Positions 55,420 through 64,000 of a stretch of DNA of 64,000 nt are shown one piece after another. A program made the translations under genes and the position numbers. This DNA is from Obrimoposthia wandeli (lineage: Eukaryota). The notes under the pieces were generated by a model. It saw only the letters and a list, made by a program, of their open reading frames with translations, searched no databases and was not told the DNA's origin. Position 1 is the first letter of the stretch, and every line of letters begins with the position of its first letter. The stretch spans positions 62,001 through 126,000 of the forward strand of contig CDROCS010003447.1 of assembly GCA_977020255.1 (NCBI GenBank), given 5' to 3'.

Positions 55420-56990
55420 ATTATTATGAAATTTGCTTATTTTGAAATATAATACATACATTAATTAATTAATTTTCAATAAAATGCCAAAAGTAGAAAC
55501 AGTAAGTTTATTTCAGAGAATATTTCACTGATTCCCCTTATCTCAAGCGGACCAACTTGATAGTATCAATATGTAACAAACTTTATGTAGTAGAATGCAA
55601 TAAGTATAATCTGGTACATTATAAATTGTATTCGGAGAAATAATTGATCGGAAGTGCCTTAATTTCAAATGAACTGAATGTAATTAAATATTTATTATAT
55701 GCACAGCGTAATTAAATGAGAAATCGAAGTGAAAATAAATTAAGGCTCTTGTTACTGTTTAAAACACTCCCGTTAACCTGATTTCTCGATATGGGAAAAG
55801 TGCACTTTCTGACTATCATCATCATCACCAAATTATAGGGAAATATTTCGTTAACTTTTGTAAGATCATTTATAAGAAATAAAACGAGCAATTTACACAA
55901 GACCGTTTTCATATATATTTCTAATGATACAAAATGTTCAATTTTATTCATTTTCTGACGTCTCACGGCTGTACAGGTTCGGATGAAAACTGCCTTTTTG
56001 AATGAAACTTATTCCATATGGTAGGAAGATGACAAATAGCATAAAATATATATATTGCTATTCTTGTGCTTCTTTCGCCATTTTGTACACATACCACTAA
56101 TATTTCTACAGCTTTACCTTCATTATCCTCTCCTCTTTTTCCGTTTAAGAGCAAACTTGGCATTTATTTGATAAAATATCTTCAATTTATTAAAATAACT
56201 CTCTCCTAAAAGTCTTTTAACTTTAAAATTCCTGATGACGATGGGACATTGTCTACCAATTTTTCTGCTCTTCTTTGTATTATTTGAGGAGAAGCATATA
56301 TTTCACCAAACGCATTTGTTTAAACTTCACGTGGTGTTTTGGGACGGCACTTGATCGCAATAAAACATTGAACTCATCAAACTTTTATTTTCAACTACAA
56401 TCTTTAATCAGTATCGAACACAAATTTTTTAATTCAAACCTTTTTCTTAACAACTTCAATAAATTATTTCTATATCTCCACCACCAAGGTCATTTCTTTT
56501 TAATATTTTTAAACAATTACTTTTTTAAGACCTTCACCACTATCTTCATTACCTACCCATCATCGTCATCATAATTATTACTATTTAATTTAGTTTATTA
56601 TTTAAAATATTTTAATATTTAACTTTATTTTATTAGATAATCACATGCTTACTTTTATTATTCAGCATGTGATTATCTACATCAATTAATTTCGTTCCAA
56701 AACGATATTCTTGAAATGTGAAGTTGTGTAGAAGATTTTACATTTTGACAACTAAAACTCTCATCAGACGTACACAATGATATATTTGGTTCATTAGCGG
56801 AAGCTTCTGTTAAAGCACCATATATTTTACTATTTGATGAATTTTAATTTTTTGGAAATAATGCTTATTATTAGCATTCACTTTAAAATATTAATTATGA
56901 AATATATTTCATTTTCTGAATTTATTTTGTTAATACACCCAATCAAATTGGTTAGCTCAATTGTAAAGCTGAATACCAATGACTGGATGT

Positions 56991-57047
56991 AAAATGGCTA
57001 CAAGATGGCTACAAGATGGCTACAAGATGGCTACAAGATGGCCACAA
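56991..57047. repeat. 11-bp tandem repeat (CAAGATGGCTA), about five copies
   Basis: Read directly from the sequence. Confidence 0.9.
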
Positions 57048-57099
57048 GTCGATGTATACGGAGTCCTTAGTTGACCATCCTTCGGATAAATATTTAGAG

Positions 57100-57490
57100 A
57101 CAAGTCCTCTGCAGATCTTTTCTGCGATCCGAATTTTTCTGCTCGACTGTGCCCCTGTTTAATTTGAAACTAATCATTTTTCCTCGAAGAAAATTGTACA
57201 CAGTCATTGGGGTACATCGGATTGATTGATCATTCAGAAAATTCGCCATATCCCGAAGAGTCATAAAATGATTTTTGTCTAATCAATTAATAAAGAATTT
57301 CCTGTTTCTTCTGTTATTTTAGGTTTGGAACCCCCTCAAAGTCCTCTTGATATCTCATTGAATTGTTTATACCTATAAATTATAAATGTTGCGCTGTTTT
57401 GATTTATGCCTAATTGTCTGGATAAAAGAACATAGTTCTCCTCATTCGAATAGGCGTTTACCAATCTCTGTTTGTTCTCATTAGATATCC
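57100..57490 (-). mobile_element. IS630/Tc1-like transposase N-terminal (HTH) remnant
   Basis: ISNENKQRLVNAY...LSRQLGIN..SA..II.RY......GGSKPKIT...TLRDM..FL.....TVYNFLRGKMISFK follows the tandem-HTH layout of IS630-type transposases, with stops and frameshifts. Confidence 0.6.
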
Positions 57491-58160
57491 TTAAAGCATT
57501 TAATTAAGCACAAATAAACCCTAAAACTTAAACTTTCCGATTTTTTTCACCTCCTGACTCATTTTCTGCTCTATTTATGAATAAAAATTGAAAATATAAA
57601 AGTTAAATTACCTTTCCGTATCCATAGATGTGTTAAGGTTGAGAATTAAGAAAATTAAATATTTTAGTTGATTAAATACTAAAATAAAAATCCTTGAAAA
57701 CAAGGTCGAAAATTAAATTAAAATATTAATTTAAGTTTTAGAAGTAAAAATAGTGAAATATTAGGGTAAAATTAGGAGGACCACGAAGGTCGTGTATTAT
57801 GCGAAAATGTATAAAAGTTAAATTAATTAACCCAAAAGGGACAATTGCAAAAAGTAATTAAGGAAAATTAAGAAAGAAAAACGGTTAATTAAAACCGTCA
57901 ATCAAGAAGAAGAAAGGTAAGCACTTTTGCGTGCAATAACTAAAATTTATTTTTGCAGCTGTCAATTGATTGACATTGCATTATTCGCTCCGGTTTCGCT
58001 GAAGGAAGACTCAAAACAGCCGTCAACTGATTGACGTCCAGTGCCAATATATAAAGGCAGGGTTTCCAACTACAATCACAAATACGGGATCGACCACGGA
58101 ACCAGGTAGTGATTTGGTTAGAGTGGAGATAATTAATTTTATTGAAGGTCCCAGTCAACA

Positions 58161-59246
58161 TATATCCGAAAGTATATCCGAACGTATATCCGAAACGTAT
58201 ATCCGAAAAGTATAACCGAAAAGTATATCCGAAAGTATATCCGAAACGTATATCCGAAAAGTATATCCGAAAAGTGTATCCGAAAAGTATATCCGAAAAG
58301 TATAACCGAAAAGTATATCCGAAACGTATATCCGAAAAGTATAACCGAAAAGTATATCCGAAAGTATATCCGAAACGTATATCCGAAAAGTATATCCGAA
58401 AAGTGTATCCGAAAAGTATATCCGAAAAGTATATCCGAAAGTATATCCGAAAAGTATATCCGAAAAGTATATCCGAAAAGTGTATCCGAAAAGTATATCC
58501 GAAAAGTATAACCGAAAAGTATATCCGAAACGTATATCCGAAAAGTATAACCGAAAAGTATATCCGAAAGTATATCCGAAACGTATATCCGAAAAGTATA
58601 TCCGAAAAGTGTATCCGAAAAGTATATCCGAAAAGTATAACCGAAAAGTATATCCGAAAAGTATATCCGAAAAGTATATCCGAAAAGTATATCCGAAAAG
58701 TATAACCGAAAAGTATATCCGAAACGTATATCCGAAAAGTATAACCGAAAAGTATATCCGAAAGTATATCCGAAAAGTATAACCGAAAAGTGTAAAAAGT
58801 ATATCCAAAAAGTATATCCAAAAAGTATATTCGAAAAGTATAACCGAAAAGTATAACCCAAAAGTATATCCGAAAAGTATAACCGAAAAGTATATCCGAA
58901 AAGTATATCAAAGTATATCCGAAAAGTATAACCGAAAAGTATATCCGAAAGTATATCCGAAAGTATATCCGAAAGTATATCCGAAAAGTCCGAAAAGTAT
59001 ATCCGAAAAGTATATCCGAAAAGTATATGAAAAGTAAAAGTATCCGAAAAGTATAACCGAAACGTATATCCGAAAAGTATATCCGAAAAGTGTATCCGAA
59101 AAGTATATCCGAAAAGTATAACCGAAAAGTATATCCGAAAAGTATATCCGAAAAGTATATCCGAAAAGTATATCCGAAAAGTATATCCGAAAAGTATATC
59201 CGAAAAGTATATCCGAAAAGTATATCCGAAAAATATATCTGAAAAG
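58161..59246. repeat. 12-13 bp minisatellite (TATATCCGAAAAG and variants), ~1.1 kb, inside LTR B
   Basis: Read directly from the sequence. It explains all the FGYTFRIYFSDIL / KVYPKSISEKYIR ORFs. Confidence 0.97.
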
Positions 59247-59361
59247 AAGACAATATCGGGAAAGAAGACGATCCCACGGGCGCTCCACACGGATCTGCAT
59301 CAGACATCCCGCTAGTCGACGGAATCAGCGAGTAACTGGTAAGAACACAGACTAGGTTCAT

Positions 59362-59790
59362 TCATTGCCCCTAGTAGGCAATTAGGTTACTTTCATTACC
59401 CCTAGTTGGTAATTCTACGTTTAAAATAATAAACAAATTCATTACCCCTAGCTGGTAATTAGGATCTTTGTCTCTTTAGCACAATCATTGCCCCTAGTTG
59501 GTAATTAGGATCGGACCTTTATTCATTGTCCCCAGCGACAATTAGGAAACCTACCAGACGTTTTTCCCGTAAGATCATTGTCCCTAGCTGACAATTAGGT
59601 TCATTCATTGCCCCTAGTTGGTAATTCGGATAAATATTCATTGTCCCTAGTAGACAATTCGGTAAGACTCATTGTCCTCCAGCTTATAATACGGTTTGTT
59701 AATTGACCGTAATTGACTATTTGGAGTAAGTTTTTATTGTCATCTTGACAATTAGGTTTTAGGAGATCCCTTGTCTACAGTAGACAATTT
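59362..59790 (+). repeat. Array of about 11 short palindromic units (ATTRYC-N5-7-GRYAAT) with unique spacers, inside LTR B
   Basis: Stems start at 59364, 59395, 59441, 59487, 59525, 59577, 59607, 59640, 59671 (broken), 59736 and 59771. Confidence 0.85.
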
Positions 59791-60329
59791 GGGTCAAACA
59801 CACACAGAGAGAGTAAGGAACAAAGAAACATTTAGCCAGAGATAAGAAGTAGGAGCGAAGAAATTTAAGAGAGTTGCGTTATAGAGTAACCAACCTGAGT
59901 AAGAAGACTAAACCTAAGAAACTTAATCACCTGAACGTAAAATCGATACGTGGTTCATCCCCACTTCTTGTAGAGACTCACAGAAGTCCTTTAGGAATTT
60001 TATCATACTTTTTAGAAATACGTACATAAACGTATTGTGGTGTTAGTTACGTGAATTTTGAATAAACAATTTCCTACATTAGAACAAGTTGTTTTTACAC
60101 CCTTCAGACTAAGAGACATCAAATCAAATACCTTCAGATAGTACAAGAGATTAGGCAACCATAACACTAAGTAGGCCACGACCAACTTTAAGACCTGCTT
60201 CTAATCGAACTCACGTTGGGGCCCTCCGCACACTAAGAGGCTCTATACCAAGTTTCGTATAGAAACCCCAACAGATGCATCCGAAATGTCAGATAACATA
60301 TAAATAACTGCATTTTCGTCGTTTGCTAT

Positions 60330-61663
60330 TGTTAGGATTAGGATTCTAATAATTATGAAAAATTAATTATTTATATATCAAAATAAATCCTTGAAAACAA
60401 GGTTAAAAATAAAATAAAATTTTAAAATAAGAAATTAAAAAATTAAATAACAAAATTATTAAGAATATTTGGGACCTTGGAAGGTCATGTTTGATGCGTA
60501 GTATATAGTAAATATTAAATCTAGTAAAAGGGCCAGTTAGAGAAAATCCAACTTAATTAAGAAGAATCAGAGACAATTAAAAAGCACTCAAAGAAAAACG
60601 GACTCCGAAAGCAGTCCATTTGACCAAGAAGAAGAGCCGCTGAGAAATAAACCAGCCGCCAGACAGTTTCAATTAATAACTGGGAGCGAAGCAGCTTTCA
60701 TTGTGATCCCGGTAAGTGGAAATTGCAACAGTGCACTTAAACTAATTGTTCTCATTCAGATCGGCTGGCTCTTGATAAAAGTGGAAAATACAGGAATTGT
60801 TCGCACAACATTTCAGAAATCAGTTAAAAGTTAAAATCAGTTGCAACCTAAATCGGAGCCGACTAAAGCGAAGTGAAAAAACAAAAAGGTAACGATTTAG
60901 AAAAGAAATTCATTATTCCGATTCCAGAAATACCCTATATCACCGAAAGCCGATATTCTCCAACGCAATCACAGAGGCCGAAGACCGGATTTCGCAGCCA
61001 AACGAAGCAGACTACGGATTGGAGGAAGGTAAGAAAGGCAAATTCATTTATCGAATTGAAAAAAATGGACCCATAATTTCGTTTATCATATATTTATCGA
61101 ATTGAAAAAGAATTGACCTATAATTCCGTTTGTCATAAATATCGAATTGAAAGAGAATTGACCCATAATTTAATAGTAATTTCGTCGACAAGAATTGTCC
61201 CGTATTTTTAGAGCAATTAACTCTATAAACTTTACAACTTAACTTGCCCATATTTTAGAGCGAAAAGCTCTCTAAAATCAACGAAACAGACAACGCCCAT
61301 ATTTTTAGAGTAAAGACTCCAGTGAATAAAAACCCCAAAATTAAAATCGATACGTGGAACATCCCCACTTGTGTAGAGACTTTGTAAAAAGTATTTAGGA
61401 TTAGTTTTGAAATTTTTAGAACGTGTTTAGAACGTAACTTAGAGTGTTTTGGAGAATAAAAGATTTCCTACAACTAGACAGCGTTGTTACAGACCCTCAC
61501 ACTTAGACATAACAAACCTTCAAATAAGAATTGAGACAGGCAAGCACAACTTAAGTAGGCCACAAACAACTGCAAGTCCTGCTGCTATAGAACTCACGTT
61601 GGGGCCCTCCATCAGAGGATCTATATCTAAACTCCAAAGTAGTTTCATATAGAAACCCAAACA
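60330..61663 (+). mobile_element. Solo LTR, Gypsy-type family copy C (1334 bp), flanked by a 56-bp direct repeat
   Basis: Starts TGTTAGGATTAGG and ends GAAACCCAAACA, with AATAAA at 61455. 60274-60329 matches 61664-61719 at 54/56. It contains a ~46-bp repeat in three copies at ~61048-61170. Confidence 0.9.
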
Positions 61664-61893
61664 GATGCATCCGAAATGTCAGATAACATATAAATAACTG
61701 CAGTTTCGTCGTTTTCTATTATGGTATTCACTTTTCGTTATGGTATTCATTTTGTTTAATCTTCATATATATTAAAATCACATACAAACTTTTTCTACCC
61801 ATGTAGGTTAGTGTATGTATGCGTCCATATATTTATGGAATTGATTTTGCGCCATGTTATTCATTTATGTTGAATGGTAAGTTTTTATTAGTG

Positions 61894-62080
61894 TGTTAGG
61901 ATTAGGTTTTGTTTAAAATTAAAAATAAATAATTGTTTTATAGTAAAACGAAAATCCTTGAAAGCAAGGTTAAGAATTAAATAAATTTTAAAATCAAGTT
62001 AAAATATTAAAATTAAAATAAGAATAAATATTAGAAGACCACGAAGGTCGTGTATAATGCGTTGTATATAAAGATATTAA
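61894..62080 (+). mobile_element. 5' ~185 bp of another family LTR (copy H), joined directly to internal gag-like sequence
   Basis: TGTTAGGATTAGG at 61894, ATCCTTGAAAGCAAGGTT, GACCACGAAGGTCGTG and TATATAAA (62065). Similarity to the other LTRs ends abruptly near 62080. Confidence 0.85.
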
Positions 62081-64000
62081 AGTGTTACTAGCAGTATCGG
62101 ATACAAATGATTTTGATAACGCCGTGCGAAAGGCGAGAGAAATTGAGAAAAATATAAAAAATAACGCAGCATTGGCAATTTACGCAATGACTGCAGGTGA
62201 CGACGATAAGACAAAGGTATTCGTGAATAAAACAGAACCGAGTAATTTTCAGAATCGAAATTATGGACAAAATAAGTTTGAAAAAGTAGATGAATCCAGT
62301 AACGGAAACAGAGATAATTTCCGAAGTAGGAATCGAGATGATTCGAGAGGTAGAAATAATAGTGAGTCTTGGAACAGGAATCGAGATGATTCAAGAGGTA
62401 GAAATAGTAATGATTCCAGGAATAGATTTAATAGAGATAATTCAGGAAATCGCCAACCTTGGAGAGGAGACGATAGGAATTATAACGCAAACAGAGGAGA
62501 GCGAAGTGACTCTCGATTTGGAAATAATACAGGAAGTAGTGACGGAAGATTCAATAATCGAGGAAGCGGTTTTGAATCGAATTTCCGAAGAAATGATTTT
62601 AGAGGACGATATGATAATAGACAGAATAGTCGTCGAGTACAGTTCGAAGATGAACAAAATAAGATATATATTCGAGGGAGAATAATGTGTTACACGTGTA
62701 AACAAATGGGTCACTATTCGAGAGATTGTACGAGAAGTAAAGAGTTCGGAACTAACAGATTTGGAAATAATAATTTCGGTAATAATAATTTTGGAAATAA
62801 TTATAGAGGATATAATTCACCCCCGCCATGGAATAGAGGTGGTGGATATACTCCACAGCCATGGAGACCGAATAATCAGTATACAGATAGACAACAGTCA
62901 CCAGGTAGATACAATAACTATGCAGACAGACAGCAAGGAGCTGAGAGATACAATAATTACGTAGGACAGCAAGGAGCTGACAGATATAATAATTCCGGTC
63001 GATATAATAATAATAATGTTGACAAGACAAATAGTCGCGAGAGTTCGCCGAAACCGAAAGGAAATTTTAGTTATGTAAACGATGACAGCGATAGGAATCG
63101 CGAGACCGAGCTTCGACGCGAAATAGATTTTGAAGATAGTGATAGTAAATTTGAACGAATGTTGGGAATAATTAAAGATTCACCACATACAAAGATGGCG
63201 AATTCATCTACGTTGTCGAAACAAGAAAAAAGTCTACACTCGAGAGAAGAGATGAATGATTTAATGAATCGAATACTAGAAGCGTATGAGACGCCAATAG
63301 AGAAAACGTGTAACGCACAACCTATGACTGATCATGTAGAAGCAGCAAGAAATGCTACGAGTATGGAAAATGTAAAAAAGATAATTAGCGAAGCTAAGGA
63401 GACGTTGAATCAACCGTTAGACGACACGAGTGAAGTTTTGGCCAAATTACAAACAATTAAAGTGCACAGATTGGAAGAAGTACGAGCGGAATTGGTTAAA
63501 CATAGTCATGATAACTTGGGTTACAAAGAAGTAACACGAGGATTATTGAAAGGATATGGTCGCTACGTACAGAGATCAAACCAAAAAGGAACGATGAAAA
63601 TTTCACTTCGATTAATTTCCGGACAGATTATACATGAAAAACTTAACGTGTATCAAACAATGAAAACTATAAGAAAAAAGTTGGCCGAGAAACTTGAAAT
63701 TGATGGAATGAACATGTTGTTCCATTATAAAGGAAGATCACTAGATGATGAGGACGTACCAGTCGAGTTTGGATATCCGATAGGAAATGAATTAGAGGAA
63801 AAAATTGATGTCATCACTGTAGGACGTCAGGAGTTAGTAGATAATGAAGGATTAACTGAGATATTAAACTCGGCGTTAGAAATGATAAAAACGCCTATAG
63901 AAATTTTAGACAGTTCAAGCGAAAGCGGAGATAATGATGTAGCTGAAGCTTGGAACAAGACATCCACACCAGAACCGTACGTAGCTGAATTACAAGACGT
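62058..64000 (+). CDS. 5'-truncated retrotransposon Gag-like polyprotein with CCHC zinc knuckle and ubiquitin/SUMO-like domain; open to the window end
   Basis: No stop in frame from 62058 (after TAA at 62055) to 64000, about 647 codons. The first in-frame ATG is at 62187. CYTCKQMGHYSRDC lies at 62688-62729 within R/N/D/G/Y-rich low-complexity sequence. The UBL is at 63594-63824. Confidence 0.88.
63594..63824 (+). other. Ubiquitin-like (beta-grasp) domain within the Gag-like ORF
   Basis: MKISLRLISGQIIHEKLNVYQTMKTIRKKLAEKLEIDGMNMLFHYKGRSLDDEDVPVEFGYPIGNELEEKIDVITVG aligns without gaps to ubiquitin 1-59, identical at M1, I3, G10, I13, T22, K29, K33, I36, G47, L50 and D52. It has SUMO-like P56/G60/IDV features and no C-terminal GG. 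Confidence 0.78.

Larger units (their letters stand above)
57631..60273 (+). mobile_element. Solo LTR, Gypsy-type family copy B (2643 bp)
   Basis: Starts TGTTAAGG and ends GAAACCCCAACA, with a perfect TSD GATG (57627-57630, 60274-60277). TATAAAA is at 57810 and AATAAA at 60061. Confidence 0.93.

Noticed and set aside
55963-56400. Possible piggyBac C-terminal cysteine-rich remnant (minus strand)
   Set aside because: Most of the diagnostic cysteines are missing, and I found no TTAA-CCC terminus.
57940-59361. Six ORFs on both strands (FGYTFRIYFSDIL / KVYPKSISEKYIR)
   Set aside because: Artefacts of the 12-13 bp minisatellite inside a solo LTR.
59362-59790. CRISPR-like repeat-spacer array
   Set aside because: It lies inside a eukaryotic LTR, the repeats are degenerate, spacers are short and very uneven, and there are no cas genes. 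Kept only as a hairpin array.
62077-63030. ORF-track entries at 62077-63030 (e.g. MNPVTETEIISEVGIEMIRE...)
   Set aside because: They are alternative-frame or antisense shadows of the long gag-like ORF in the 62058 frame.

Overview
AT-rich, repeat-dense eukaryotic (invertebrate-like) genomic DNA. I found no prokaryotic genes, rRNA, intact tRNA or CRISPR array. The one clear host gene is a 5-HT2-like aminergic GPCR on the minus strand: three in-phase exons (43524-43349, 42014-41644, 34046-33329) cover TM3 to the C-terminus, and TM1-2 exons were not found in the window. A possible small CUE-domain gene or pseudogene lies at 8.6-10.5 kb. The rest is mostly decayed transposons (mariner, Tc1/IS630, pogo, hAT, MULE, Chapaev-type, L2 LINE, MITEs), several minisatellites, and about eight pieces of one Ty3/Gypsy-type LTR family (TGTTRGG...CCCAACA, 4-bp TSDs, 1.0-2.6 kb). 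The most unusual signals belong to this family. (1) An uninterrupted ORF of more than 640 codons, missed by the ORF track because it runs off the window end, joins a Gag-type CCHC knuckle to a ubiquitin/SUMO-like domain. (2) Diverged LTRs share an exon/short-intron architecture with almost no AUG. (3) One LTR holds an array of hairpins with covarying stems. (4) One LTR is flanked by a 56-bp duplication. All alignments were made by eye, no database searches were run, and boundaries marked approximate may be off by tens of bases.
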